The notes under the pieces were generated by a model. That model did not search any database, had not been told where the DNA came from, and worked only from the letters and a program-made list of their open reading frames with translations. From NCBI GenBank assembly GCA_963761215.1, contig CAVXGF010000005.1, forward strand, positions 353,127 through 417,126: 64,000 bases of DNA, given 5' to 3'. Source of the DNA: an uncultured Solirubrobacterales bacterium (GTDB lineage: Bacteria > Actinomycetota > Thermoleophilia > Solirubrobacterales > 70-9). This document shows, in pieces, positions 45,624-56,034 of this stretch (position 1 is its first letter; every line of letters starts with the position of its first letter). A program made the position numbers and the translations under genes.

Positions 45624-46400
45624 CTAGCCGGACCGGGGGGTCCAGCGGAAGTAGCGGACCGAGAGCAGCAGGCCGACGAGGCCCCAGGCCGCGACCACGG
45701 CGAGGTTGTCCCAGGAGATCGTCGCGCCCCCGCCCGCAGGGGGGACGTAGGCGTCGAAGAAGGCCTCGAAGAAGTGGCGGACGGGGAACACGTCGGCGAA
45801 GTGGATCACGCCGGTCGGGAGCTGGTCGTCGGGGATGAAGACGCCGGAGAGGAAGTAGAGCGGCAGCAGCAGGGCGTTGATGATCGGCGCGGCGGCGTCC
45901 TGGGAGGGGATCGCCGCGGTGAGCGCGATGCCGAGGCAGCAGAAGGAGGCGGCGCCGACGACGAGCGCGACGAGGATCGCCGGCAGGCGTTCGAGCGGGA
46001 GCTGGACCCCGTAGAGCAGGCGCCCGATCACGGCGAGCAGGACGAGCATCATCAGCGCGACGACGATCGAGTTGCCGACCCGGCCGGCGATGAACACCCA
46101 GGGCGGCATCGGGGTGCCGCGGCTGCGCTTCAGCCGCCCGTCCTCGCGCGCGATCACGAGCGACATCGCGAGGCTCTGCATCGTCGCCGAGATCACCGAG
46201 AGGGTGATGATCGCCGGCACGTAGTAGGTCGTCGTCTTCACCCCGCCCCGCACTTCGACCGTCTGGTTGCCGAACACGGTGGCGAAGATCAGGAACAGCA
46301 GCACCGGGAACATCACGGTGAAGAAGACCGAGGCGGGGTTGCGCCAGAAGGCCTTCTGGTCGTAGCGGAACTGGTGCGCGACCAGGGCGAGGCCGCTCAC
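45624..46400 (-). CDS. ABC-2-type exporter permease
   Basis: 258 aa with six hydrophobic helices and an ABC-2 pattern. 4-nt overlap with the ATPase gene. Confidence 0.75.
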   Translation of the reverse strand: MSGLALVAHQFRYDQKAFWRNPASVFFTVMFPVLLFLIFATVFGNQTVEVRGGVKTTTYYVPAIITLSVISATMQSLAMSLVIAREDGRLKRSRGTPMPPWVFIAGRVGNSIVVALMMLVLLAVIGRLLYGVQLPLERLPAILVALVVGAASFCCLGIALTAAIPSQDAAAPIINALLLPLYFLSGVFIPDDQLPTGVIHFADVFPVRHFFEAFFDAYVPPAGGGATISWDNLAVVAAWGLVGLLLSVRYFRWTPRSG

Positions 46401-47260
46401 TCGTCGGCCTCCGCCGCCGCGGTCAGCTCGAGGTAGACGTCCTCGAGCGAGGGCCGGCGCACTTCCAGGCCCTCCAGGTCCTCGCCCTTGGCGAGGGCGG
46501 CGCCGGTCAGCTCGTTCAGCGTCTGCACGGGGGTGGTGGTCTCGACCACGATCTCGTGGCCGTTGGTCCGGTAGCTGATCTTGGTCGCCGCCCGTTCGCG
46601 GTCGCCGAGGTCCTCGGGGGTGCCGCGGGCGACGATCTCGCCGCGGGCGATGATCGTCACCCGGTCGGCGAGGCGCTGGGCCTCCTCCATGTAGTGGGTG
46701 GTGAGGAAGACGGTCTTGCCGAGCTCCCCCAGGCCCGCGATCACCTCCCAGAACTGGCGCCGCGCCGAGGGGTCGAACCCGGTCGTCGGCTCGTCGAGGA
46801 AGAGCAGCTCGGGGTCGCCGATCAGCGCCATCCCGACGTCGAGGCGGCGCTGCTGGCCGCCGGAGAGCCGCCGGGCGCGCTCGTCGGCCTTGCCCCCGAG
46901 GCCGACCAGCTCGATCACCTCCTCGACCCGCCGCGGCGCGCGGAAGTACCCGGCGTAGAGGGCGAGCGACTCGCGCACGGTCAGGTAGGGGTCGAGGCGG
47001 CTGCTCTGCAGCACGATCCCGATCCGCTCGCGCCAGCCGCGGCCGGCCTGCTCGGGGTCCTCGCCGAGCACGCTGACCTCGCCCCCGGTGCGCTGCCGGT
47101 AGCCCTCGAGGATCTCGACCGTCGTCGTCTTGCCCGCCCCGTTGGGGCCGAGGAAGGCGAAGATCTCGCCCGCCGACACCTCGAGGTCGATCCCGCGAAC
47201 GGCCTCGGTCTCGCCGTAGCTCATGCGCAGACCGCTGATTGAGATCACACGTTCGGCCAA
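46397..47260 (-). CDS. ABC transporter ATP-binding protein (DrrA/CcmA-like subfamily)
   Basis: GPNGAGKTT, LSGGQQRRL and LLFLDEPTTGFD. Confidence 0.9.
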   Translation of the reverse strand: MAERVISISGLRMSYGETEAVRGIDLEVSAGEIFAFLGPNGAGKTTTVEILEGYRQRTGGEVSVLGEDPEQAGRGWRERIGIVLQSSRLDPYLTVRESLALYAGYFRAPRRVEEVIELVGLGGKADERARRLSGGQQRRLDVGMALIGDPELLFLDEPTTGFDPSARRQFWEVIAGLGELGKTVFLTTHYMEEAQRLADRVTIIARGEIVARGTPEDLGDRERAATKISYRTNGHEIVVETTTPVQTLNELTGAALAKGEDLEGLEVRRPSLEDVYLELTAAAEADE

Positions 47261-47313
47261 AGCCTGCCGATTCTAGGAAGGCGCCGCCCTCAACGCCCCC
47301 AACCCCGGTCGAC

Positions 47314-47350
47314 GGGCCTGAAACGTGACGGATGGTGGCGTTTCAGGCCC
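47314..47350 (-). terminator. perfect 12-bp hairpin downstream of rapZ
   Basis: gggcctgaaacg (47314-47325) pairs with cgtttcaggccc (47339-47350) around a 13-nt loop. It lies in the 108-nt gap between the rapZ stop and the ABC ATPase start. No U tract. Confidence 0.45.
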
Positions 47351-47368
47351 ATCGGCATCGTGGGGCTC

Positions 47369-48244
47369 TCAGTCGAGGTCGACGTCGCGGTGCTTGACGG
47401 GGACGATCACGTCCTCGCGGAGGGCGAGGTCGCGGCGGATGCGGTCGGCGACCGTGACCGAGCGGTGGCGGCCGCCGGTGCACCCGATCGCGATCGTCAG
47501 GTGGCTCTTGCCCTCGGTGACGTAGGCGGGGACGAGGAACTCCAGCAGCGGCAGCAGGCGGCCGTAGAACTCGCCCGCCTGGGTTCCCGACTCGACGTAG
47601 GCGCGCACCTGCTCGTCCAACCCGGTCAGCGGTCGCAGCTCGTCGACGTAGTGGGGGTTGGGCAGGAAGCGCACGTCGAGGGTGAGGTCGGCGTCGCGCG
47701 GCGGGCCGTTCTTGAAGCCGAAGGTGAGCAGGGTCAGCGCCAGCTCGCCGCCGGGCTCTTTGCCGAGCATCTCCTCGGCGATCCGGCGGCGCAGCTCGCC
47801 GCCGGTCAGGTCGGAGGTGTCCATCACCACGTCGGCGCGCTCGCGCAGCGGCGCCAGCAGCTCGCGCTCGGCGCGGATCCCCTCGACGATCCGGCCTTCG
47901 GGCGCCAGCGGGTGACGACGGCGGGTCTCCTTGTAGCGGTCGAGCAGGGTCTCCTCGTCGGCCTCGAGGAAGAGGACCATCGGCTTCAGGCCGTTGACCC
48001 CGAGGTCGTCGATCACCTGGACGAGGTCCTCGAAGTACTCGCCGCCGCGCACGTCGGAGACGATCGCGGCCCGTTCCACCCCGCTGCCCTCATGGCGGAA
48101 GAGCTCGCCGAGGCCCTCGATCATCCGCGGCGGCAGGTTGTCGACGCAGAAGTAGCCGCCGTCCTCGAAGGCGGCGATCGCCTCCGACTTGCCGGCCCCC
48201 GAGTGCCCGGTGATCACCACCAGCGTCACCTCGCCGGCGGCCAT
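47369..48244 (-). CDS. rapZ: RNase adapter / nucleotide-binding protein RapZ (YvcJ family)
   Basis: Start MAAGEVTLVVITGHSGAGKSEAIAAFEDGGYFCVDNLPP at ATG 48244, 1 nt after the uvrC stop. The C-terminus has ...IAIGCTGGRHRSV. Confidence 0.85.
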   Translation of the reverse strand: MAAGEVTLVVITGHSGAGKSEAIAAFEDGGYFCVDNLPPRMIEGLGELFRHEGSGVERAAIVSDVRGGEYFEDLVQVIDDLGVNGLKPMVLFLEADEETLLDRYKETRRRHPLAPEGRIVEGIRAERELLAPLRERADVVMDTSDLTGGELRRRIAEEMLGKEPGGELALTLLTFGFKNGPPRDADLTLDVRFLPNPHYVDELRPLTGLDEQVRAYVESGTQAGEFYGRLLPLLEFLVPAYVTEGKSHLTIAIGCTGGRHRSVTVADRIRRDLALREDVIVPVKHRDVDLD

Positions 48245-48245
48245 C

Positions 48246-50194
48246 TCAGCTGGTCCTGTTGAGCTGCTCGTGAATCTCGCGCCCAACTTTGCCAGGTAGA
48301 CCGGGCACTGCCTCGAGCTCCTCGCGCGTCGCGGCCAGAAACCGCTCTGGAGAGCCGAAATGCTGGAGCAGCGCGCGCTTGCGAGCCGGCCCTATGCCCT
48401 TCAGCTCGTCGAGCACCGAGCCGGCCAGCGCCGCGATCGCGGCGCCCGCGGTGGTGCTCGATCGCGAACCGGTGCGCCTCGTCGCGGACCCGCTGCAGCA
48501 GCTTCGAGGCCTCCGAGTCGGCGGCCAGGTCGAGCGGCGCGGCGCGGCCGGGGACGTAGACCTCCTCCTCGCGCTTGGCGAGGCTGATCACGGTCACGCC
48601 GCGCTCGGTGAACGGGCGCAGGGCCCGCATCCCGGCGGCGAGCTGGCCCTTGCCGCCGTCGATCAGGATCAGCGAGGGAAGCGAGGCGAAGCTCTCGTCG
48701 CGCTTGCGGTCGTGCGGGGAGAGGTCGGCCTGCTCGAGGTAGCGGTTCATGCGCCGGGTCAGGACCTCCTCCATCGAGGCGAAGTCGTCCGGACCCGCCT
48801 GCGGCGGATCCGGGAGGGCACCGTCATCCGTCTCCGGCCCTTCGACCGTGCCCGGGAGCAGGACGCGCGAGCGGATGTTGAATCTCCGGTAGTCGGACTT
48901 CTTCGTCGCCCCGCCCTCGAACACGACCATCGAGGCGACGGTGTGGGCGCCGCCGATGTTGGAGATGTCGAAGCCCTCGATCCGCACCGGCAGCTCCTCC
49001 ATTCCGAGCGCCTCGCGCAGCGAGGAGAGCGACTCGACCCGGCGGGTGCGCCGGTGCTCGCGCCGCAGGCGGTCCTGGTCGAGGGCGAGCCGCGCGTTGC
49101 GCTCGGCGAGCTCGCGCAGGCGGCGTTTGTCGCCGCGCTCGGCGGCGCGGACCTCGACCGGGGAGCCGCGGCGCTCGCTCAGCGCCTCTTCCAGGACCTC
49201 GGCCCGCTCGCGCAGATCGGGGCCGACGACGACCATCGCCGGCATCGCCGGCGAGGCCGAGTAGTACTGGCCGATGAACTCCTCGGCGACCTCGGCGGGC
49301 TCGCGCTCGGCCTGGTTCTCGAGGTAGAAGCTCTGGCGCGCGGCGAGGATCCCGTCGCGCACCTGGAAGACCTGGGCGTTGGCGTCGGCGCCCTCGACCG
49401 CGACGCCGATCAGGTCGGCGGTCCCGACCGAGCCGCCGGCGACCCGCTGGCGCTCGAACAGCGAGCGGATCGCCTTCAGCCGGTCGCGGTGCATCGCGGC
49501 GCGCTCGAATTCCTCGGCCGCGGCGGCGGCCTCCATCTTCTCCTGCTCCTCGCTCTCGACCTGGCGGTAGCGGCCGGAGAGGAAGTCGACGATCGCGTCG
49601 ACGTTGCGCCGGTACTCCTCCCGGCTCACGTACCCGACGCAGGGCGCCCCGCAGCGCTTGATGTAGTAGTCGAGGCAGGGGCTGCCCGAGCGGCGGCCGG
49701 GCTCGGTCCCCTCGCAGGTGCGGAACTGGAACAGCTTGCCGAGCAGGTCGAGCGTCTCCCGCACCCGCTTGGCGCTCGAGAAGGGCCCGAAGTAGACGCG
49801 GCCGGCGCGGTGCTTCTCACGGGTGAAGTACACGCGCGGGTAGTCCTCGTCCATGCTGACCGCGACGTAGGGGTAGGACTTGTCGTCGCGCAGGCGGATG
49901 TTGAAGCGCGGCCGGTGGCGCTTGATGAAGCTCTGCTCGGCGAGCAGCGCCTCGGCCTCGTTCGCGGTGACGAGGGTGTCGATCCGGTCGACGCGCGAGG
50001 TCAGCCGGGTCTCGCCCGCCGGAGAAGTGCGAGGCGACGCGTTTGCGGATCGAGCGCGCCTTGCCGACGTAGAGCAGCTCGCCGTCGGCGCGGTAGAAGA
50101 GGTAGACGCCCGGTGCGTCGGGCAGCGAGCGTCGCTGCTCGGCGATGCGCTCGGCGCGGGAGAGGGTGTCGTTGTCGCTCGCCGTGGCCATCAC
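48246..50194 (-). CDS. uvrC: excinuclease ABC subunit C; at least two frame changes (near 50010 and 48420)
   Basis: GIY-YIG motif [30 protein letters not shown]. The long middle ORF 48226-49854 has [14 protein letters not shown] and IEGFDISN. The HhH tail ...[21 protein letters not shown]...[10 protein letters not shown] lies in another frame. Confidence 0.9.
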
Positions 50195-50290
50195 TCAAAG
50201 GGTAGGCTGCGGCCCACTCAGCCAAGTTCGACGCGGGAGGGGAGAGCGACATGAGCAGGCAGAGATCTGAGCCCACCGGAGCTGGACACG

Positions 50291-51085
50291 ATGCGGTTCG
50301 AGACCGGCGAGGACGGGATCGGGACGCTGACGCTGAACCGGCCCGACTCCTTCAACGCGATGAGCCCGGAGATGATCGCGGAGATGCCGACGATCTTCTC
50401 CTGGCTCGCCGACGAGGCGCCGCTGCGGGCCCTGATCGTCACCGGCGCCGGCGCCGCGTTCTGCGCCGGCGGCGACGTCAACTGGTTCCAAGAAGGGGCC
50501 GAGGATCCGAGGCGATCGACCTGCCGGCGCGCGGTGCGCCGTGGCGCCGACGTCCTGCACCAGGGGATCGTCGACCTGCGCCGGATCCCCTACCCGGTGA
50601 TCGCCGCCGTCAACGGCCCCGCCGCCGGCGCCGGCTTCTCGCTGGCGCTCGCCTGCGACATCCGGATCGCCTCCGAGGGCGCCTTCTTCGCCCCCGCCTA
50701 CGGCCGCATCGGCGCCTCGCCCGGACGGCGGCATGACCTACTTCCTCGCCGCGCCTGGTCGGGCCCGGCCGGGCGCTGGAGCTGCTGCTCGAGGACCCGA
50801 ACATGAGCGCCGAGGAAGCGCTCGCCGAGCGGATCGTCGGCGAGGTCGTGGCCCGCCGAGGAGCTGATCGAGCGCCGCCCGCGAGAAGGCGGTGAAGCTC
50901 GGCGCGATGGCGCCGCACTACGTGCGCACGGCGAAAGCCCTGACCGCGGTCAGCGCCGGAACACCGATCGCCGAGCACCTGCAGCTGGAACGTCACGGGA
51001 TCGCCGACAGCATGGCGACCGAGGACCTGCGCCGCGGCGTCAGCGCGTTCCTGGCGGGCGAGAAGCCCGAGTTCACGGCAGGTGA
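50291..51085 (+). CDS. enoyl-CoA hydratase/isomerase (crotonase) family; several frame changes; stop inferred
   Basis: LTLNRPDSFNAM, ALIVTGAGAAFCAGGDV, VIAAVNGPAAGAGFSLALACDIR and ...ATEDLRRGVSAFLAGEKPEF. The frame as given reads through into the next gene. TGA 51083-51085 is in frame after a 1-nt correction. Confidence 0.7.
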
Positions 51086-51156
51086 ACCCGACACTCCGGT
51101 TGCCCGTATCGCGAGTACAGTCACAAGAGCCGCTGAACCTCGCGGAAAGGAAGGCT

Positions 51157-51605
51157 ATGAAGAAGGTCCCAGTCGCATCGTTCTCCTCCTCCTCGCATCG
51201 CTGGTGCTGGTGGCCTGCGGTGGAAGCTCCTCGGGCAGCTCCGAATCGACAGCGGCAGCGAAACAGCGGCGAGCCGCGGCCGGCGGCAGCGGCGGTGAAG
51301 AAAGCGAAGGCGGCGGAGGCCGGCGCCGCGGTCGATCGAACCGGCCTCGAGCGGCTTCGCGTTCGCCAGCAGACCGCGCCAGCGCCGAAGCCGGCGCGGT
51401 GACGGTCGAATTCACCAACCCCCAGGGCGTCCCCCACGACGTGGCGATCGAAGACTCCGGCGGCGAAGTCGTCGGGCAAACCGAAATCGTCGCCGAAGGC
51501 GAAAGCTCGACCACGGTCGAACTGGAACCCGGCACGTACAAGTTCTTCTGCACCATCCCCGGCCACAGGGAAGCCGGGATGGAAGGAACGCTCACCGTCA
51601 AATAG
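51157..51605 (+). CDS. cupredoxin (type-1 blue copper, amicyanin/plastocyanin-like) lipoprotein; frame change just after the start
   Basis: ATG 51157 (MKKVP...), then ...IVLLLLASLVLVACGGSS lipobox in the adjacent frame. Copper ligands: PHDV...FFCTIPGHREAGMEGTLTV. Confidence 0.7.
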
Positions 51606-51607
51606 GG

Positions 51608-51643
51608 AAAAATACCGGCACCGCCCGCCCTGCGCGGGCGGTG
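51608..51643. terminator. 10-bp GC hairpin between convergent genes, with a T run on the minus-strand side
   Basis: caccgcccgc (51619-51628) pairs with gcgggcggtg (51634-51643) around a 5-nt loop. On the minus strand it is followed by CCGGTATTTTTCCC. Confidence 0.6.
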
Positions 51644-51695
51644 ACCGGCCCGCAAGCCGGGGCCTCGCCGCGCGCCGAGCCTCGCTCGGGTGGGC

Positions 51696-52040
51696 TCAGT
51701 CGAGCCGGATCGCGCGCATCGTGTGCTCGTCGGGGAGCTTGTCGATGATGCGTCTGAGCAGCTCTCGCTCGGCGGCGTGCTCGTAGCGGAGGTCGTCGAA
51801 GAGCAGCTTGACCGCGGTGTGGGTGATCTTCATCTGCGGCGAGCTCAGCGTCACGGTGACGATGCCGTGCTCGTCCGGCGGGGCGTCGAGGCCGGCCAGC
51901 ACCTCGCGCGCGAGCGGGCGGATCGGCGGCTCATGGGCCTCGTCGGAGATCAGCAGGTTGAGGGCGGTGCGGGCGACGGGCACCTCCTCCTGGTCGAGCA
52001 GCAGGTGAAAGGGGGGCTCGGGAGCTACCGCGTCTGCCAT
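51696..52040 (-). CDS. hypothetical protein (114 aa, acidic, helical)
   Basis: Intact ORF with codon usage like its neighbours. No motif I recognise. Confidence 0.45.
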   Translation of the reverse strand: MADAVAPEPPFHLLLDQEEVPVARTALNLLISDEAHEPPIRPLAREVLAGLDAPPDEHGIVTVTLSSPQMKITHTAVKLLFDDLRYEHAAERELLRRIIDKLPDEHTMRAIRLD

Positions 52041-52044
52041 CGGC

Positions 52045-52519
52045 TCACTCGGCGCTCGGCGCCATCACGCGGGTGACGCTGTCGCCGACGAAGGCCGGCT
52101 TCTCGCTGTCCTCGACCTCGATCGTGAACCGGGTGACCACCTGCCACCAGCCGCCGCCGAGCTCCTCGAAGGAGACCAGCTCGGCTTTGGCGCGGACCCT
52201 GGAGTCGACCGGGACGGGAGCCGGGAAGCGGATCTTGTTCCACCCGTAGTTGAGGCCGAGGGCAAATCCCGTCGCGGAAATCAGCTCGCCGCGGAAGCCG
52301 TCGACCATCGCCAGGGTCAGGTTGCCGTGGGCGATCGTCGTCCCGTAGGGGCTCTCCGTCTTGGCCCGCTCGGTGTCGACGTGGATCCACTGGTGGTCGC
52401 CGAGAGCTCGGCGAAGGAGTCGATGTCGGCCTGCTCACCGTGCGCCACTCGCTCGGCCCGACCTCCCGGCCGACCAGCTCCTTCATCCCGTCAATGCCCT
52501 GTACCTCGACGGTTGCCAT
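52045..52519 (-). CDS. MaoC-like (R)-specific enoyl-CoA hydratase/dehydratase, hotdog fold; two frame changes
   Basis: Stitched: ...[46 protein letters not shown]...LNYGWNKIRFPAPV... Confidence 0.7.
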
Positions 52520-52627
52520 CGGCGCCGCAGTCTAGAGGTTTGATGCGGGTTGGACGCGTGCGCGCGGGGCGCCGGCTCCAGCGACTCGCCGCGCGCGCAG
52601 GCGATCCCTGCCCGCACGGCGCGGGGC

Positions 52628-53030
52628 TCATTTCCAGCCCGGCACGCGTCCCGCCTGCCCGATCCACCCCTGCATCTCCGGCTCCTCCACCTCCTCCAGG
52701 GTCCTCACCTTCACGTAGCGGTCCCGTCCGGTGCTTCCAAGTGGCGGCGGAGGGTCGAAGTCCGCGCCGCCGAGGAAGACGGCATTTACGGAAACGTCGT
52801 ACGCGACGATCTCGATGACCCACCCGAGCTCCGGCAACCCGTAGAACGCCCTCTTCCACTTCACCGCGTATTGAAGCCCGTCGAGCGTCTCGCGGATCAA
52901 CTCGTCGAGCCGCTTGACGATCGGGTTCAGGTCCGGCATCACGCGCTGGATCCAGTCCTCGATCTCGGCGTGGCTGTCGCGATGGCACGGGCGGCTTTCG
53001 GGTCGAGTTCGGTTTGCGCGTCTTTTCCAT
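52628..53030 (-). CDS. DUF1801 (YdhG-like) domain protein; probable frame change near 52960
   Basis: ORF 52628-52942 (...VKRLDELIRETLDGLQYAVKWKRAFYGLPELGWVIEIVAYDVSVNAVFLGG...). The in-frame upstream extension ...DSHAEIEDWIQRV links to ATG 53030 only after a frame change. Confidence 0.45.
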
Positions 53031-53087
53031 GACGTCCTCCTTCGTGGCCTCAGATCGACGTGACCAATAACAAAGCATTCCGCCCAG

Positions 53088-54544
53088 TCAGGCCACCAGC
53101 CGCACCTCGAACTCCGGCACGGCCAGCGCCCCGGCCCCGCCGAGCAGGGCGAGGATGCGGCTGACGTAGGCCTGGGTCTCCGGGTATGTCGGGACGCAGT
53201 GGCAGGCTTCGACCGGGGCGGGGCCGGCGTTGTAGGCGGCGAGGGCGAGTTCGGGGGAGCCGAACTGGCCGATCAGGTCGCTCATCAGGTGGGCCTGGGC
53301 CTCGATCGCTTCGGCCGGGTCGAAGGGGTCGCGCGAGGCCGTAGGAGGCGGCGGTGCCGGGCATGAACTGGGCGATGCCCTGGGCGCCGGCCGGCGAGCC
53401 GGCGAAGGGGTTGAAGTCCGGACTCGGCCATCAGCTGGCCCGCGAGCAGCGCCGCCGAGACGTTCCAGTGGAGGCGGCGCGAGCGACATCCGCGGAACTC
53501 GGCGGGAGCGAAGTCCGGGAGCGAAGCTCGGGAGAGCGTCCGGCGCCCCCGCGCCGAGCGCGCGCCCGCTCTCCCCCGCCGCACCCCGGCTCCGCGCCGA
53601 CCGCGTTTCACCGGCCGCGCGAGCAGGGCGGCGGGCCCGCACGGACCCGTAGTGCCAGGGCTCCCACGAGTAGCGCTCGAGGAAGCCGAAGCGCCCGGCG
53701 TTGGCCGCCAGCCAGTCGTACGCGGATTCCGGGCCGAGGTCGAGCTCGGTCGCGCAACGGTGCAGGGAGTGGCCCGGCGGCGCGACCCACATCGGGTCCG
53801 GGTGGGCGGCGAAGAGCGCCGCCTGCTCGGCGTCGGAGCGGAAGCCGGAGACGACCAGGAGCGAGAGACCGGCGCCGTGCGCTGCCACGGCCATCCGGTC
53901 GAAGGCGGCGGCGACGTCTGGGCGCATCCCCTCGCCGTCTCGGTAGAGGAGCGGCCCGCCGTAGCCGCCGCCGCTCGCACTCGCCGCCATGCCGCCGCCC
54001 GGCAGCGCCGGAGCCGCGGCTTCGGCCACGGCCGTGGCTTCGATCCCCAACCCCCGGCTCGCCCTTCGAGCCGGGCGAGGACCTCGGCGCGGGCCTGCAG
54101 CGGGCGCGAAGGAGGCGAGGTCGGGGAAGCTGATCCGCAGCCGTGCGGGTTCGACGCCGTTGGCGCGCGCGGTGCCGAGCGCCGCTCGCCGCGCCCGGAG
54201 CAGGTAGACGAGCTTCTCCATGTGGGCCGGGTTGGGAAGGCCGTCGGGGAGGACCGGCGGGGAGAGCAGGCGGGGGAGATCGTCTCGCATCGAGCGGGCG
54301 GCGGCGATCGCCGCCAGGTCGGCGGCACGCTGCACGCGGCCCTTCCCGGTCACCGCGCCGGCGATCGCGACAAGGGCGAGTGCCCCACCGAGCAGGACCA
54401 CCGCCGCGCCGAGGCCGAGCAGGAGCGCCTGCCCGGACTGCTCGTCCAGGCACGCCGCCGCGAGATTCGCCGCGCGTCTACCGAACCTTTCCCCGGCGCC
54501 GGCCGTAGACCTCGAGAACGAGCTTCCAACCCCAGGAGATTCAT
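53088..54544 (-). CDS. three-part fusion: TadE/G-like (Rv3654c-type) N-terminal membrane segment + VanY/M15B D,D-carboxypeptidase + SLT lytic transglycosylase; several frame changes; start uncertain
   Basis: N-terminus ...SGQALLLGLGAAVVLLGGALALVAIAGAVTGKGRVQRAADLAAIAAARSM. VanY: VVSGFRSDAEQAALF...PGHSLHRCATELDL...WLAANAGRFGFLERYSWEPWHY. SLT: LMAESGFNPFA..GAQGIAQFMPGTAASYGL...LALAAYNAGP. Confidence 0.65.
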
Positions 54545-54545
54545 C

Positions 54546-55091
54546 GTGCGATCCCACCCGACCAAGCCAGGTCGTGCCCGAGGCGCGGCGCTCCTCGCGA
54601 TCGGCCTCGCCGTCGCGCTCTGCACCGCCCTGCTCGCCACCGCGGCGAGCGCGCGCCCCCACCACGCAGCGCTGCCCGACCGGGCCGCCCACTCCCGCAC
54701 CGTCGCCAGAAAGGCGAGGAACGCCGGCCTCGGCGAGATCGTCCTCACCAACCTCAAGCGGCGCACCCTCTACACGCTCAGCGCCGAGGTCAGGGGGAAG
54801 TTCATCTGCACGGGCGCCTGCCTCTCCACCTGGCACCCGCTCGTTCTGCCGAAGGGCGTGAAGCCCCTGGGCCCGACCCGACTGGGCCTCGTCAAGCGCC
54901 CGGACGGCCGCATGCAGGTGACCTTCCACGCTCGCCCGCTCTACACCTTCAGCGGCGACACCCGACCCGGGCAGGCCAACGGCGAGGGATTCAAGGACGT
55001 CGGCACCTGGCACGCGGCCAGCCTCGGGAAGATCAAACATCGCGAAGCTCCGCCCCAGTCCGAAGAAGCTCCTTACCCGTATCCGTACTGA
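54546..55091 (+). CDS. secreted protein of the COG4315 'lipoprotein with Yx(FWY)xxD motif' repeat family
   Basis: GTG 54546, signal peptide ...GAALLAIGLAVALCTALLATAASA, then GEIVLTNLKRRTLYTLS and DGRMQVTFHARPLYTFSGDTRPGQANGEG. Confidence 0.65.
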   Translation: MRSHPTKPGRARGAALLAIGLAVALCTALLATAASARPHHAALPDRAAHSRTVARKARNAGLGEIVLTNLKRRTLYTLSAEVRGKFICTGACLSTWHPLVLPKGVKPLGPTRLGLVKRPDGRMQVTFHARPLYTFSGDTRPGQANGEGFKDVGTWHAASLGKIKHREAPPQSEEAPYPYPY

Positions 55092-55708
55092 GCCTCGGCT
55101 CCGCGCGCCCGAGCAGGCGGTCGACCAGGGCGGCGGGGGGTCCTCCTGCGGCGCCGGGCGGCAGCGTCCCGAACGTGGCCCGGCGCTCGGCGACCCAGCT
55201 CAGCCGCCGCTTGAGCACGACCACGGTCAGCTCGCGGGCGCGCAGGTCCCGAGCCACCAGCGCGGCGAGGGCGCGATCGGCGGGCAGCTCGGCCCGCAGC
55301 AGGGCAGCCGAAAGGAGGGGCGCCAGAGCGCTCCCGAGCGCCTCCTGGAGGTGCGCCGGCGGCACGTGGACGGCCCTCACCCCCTCGCGGGAAATGCCCA
55401 GCGCCGTGACCGATTCCTGATGGCCCTGCGGCCCGGGGGCGACGGCGAGGTTGGCAGACCTGCCCGCGGGCCGCGACCCGGGCGCTCGGCAGGTGGGCCG
55501 CCAGGCGCTCCTCCAGCTCGCGCGCCTGGGCGGAGGCGAGCAGCGTCGGGCGCGGTGCCCGGCCGCCGATATCGAGCAGCAGCGGCGCCCGCCCCGCCGC
55601 GGCACCCGCGCAGGCGAGCGCCGCGGCCGCCGCCCGCGCCCCCTCGGCGGCGCCGAGCGCCGTGACGAGCACGGTCGGGCCCGAGGTGAGCGGGTTGACG
55701 AAGCTCAT
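55033..55708 (-). CDS. MinD/CpaE-fold homologue with no recognisable Walker A; one frame change near 55470; 3' end uncertain
   Basis: MSFVNPLTSGPTVLVTALGAAEGARAAAAALACAGAAAGRAPLLLDIGG... (ORF 55073-55708) joins ...ESVTALGISREGVRAVHVPPAHL...LTVVVLKRRLSWVAERR (ORF 55033-55605). 4-nt overlap with the upstream TadE-like gene. Confidence 0.45.
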
Positions 55709-56034
55709 CGCGCCGGCCTCGCGCTGGCGGTGCTGGTCACGGCGAGGCGATCGGCGACGGTGGCGAAGGGCGAGGGCGGTCGCAGCCGGACGGAGACCTC
55801 GCCCCCGCGCACCGAGACCTCCACGTCCTCGTCCGCCCAGCCGGGCAGCGCCGCGCGTGCCGCCTCGGCCGCCGAGCCGCCGGAGGCCAGCGCCAGGGCA
55901 CCGGCCTCGGCGGCGCCGTCGGCGAGGGTGAGGGCGTAGCCGGCGGCGAGCAGCTGCAGCGCGATCAGGGCCGCGAGCAGCAGCGCCGGCAGCGTTGCGA
56001 CGAGCTCGACCGAGCTTTGGCCGCGCTCGCTCAT
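55705..56034 (-). CDS. TadE-like pseudopilin-type protein
   Basis: MSERGQSSVELVATLPALLLAALIALQLLAAG... from ATG 56034, with ATGA overlap to the upstream gene. The ERGQ.SVE plus hydrophobic helix is the TadE N-terminal signature. Confidence 0.7.
   Translation of the reverse strand: MSERGQSSVELVATLPALLLAALIALQLLAAGYALTLADGAAEAGALALASGGSAAEAARAALPGWADEDVEVSVRGGEVSVRLRPPSPFATVADRLAVTSTASARPAR

Noticed and set aside
45624-47260. The ABC ATPase and permease pair as the missing CcmA/CcmB heme exporter.
   Set aside because: The permease is a six-helix ABC-2 (DrrB/YadH-like) protein, not CcmB-like. No ccmC or ccmD follows. The pair is 30 kb from ccmEF.
54541-54550. Back-to-back divergent start codons only 1 nt apart: minus-strand ATG at 54544 and plus-strand GTG at 54546.
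   Set aside because: The minus-strand start depends on an assumed frame correction and is uncertain. Leaderless or internal promoters could explain the arrangement. This is not enough to call a regulatory feature.
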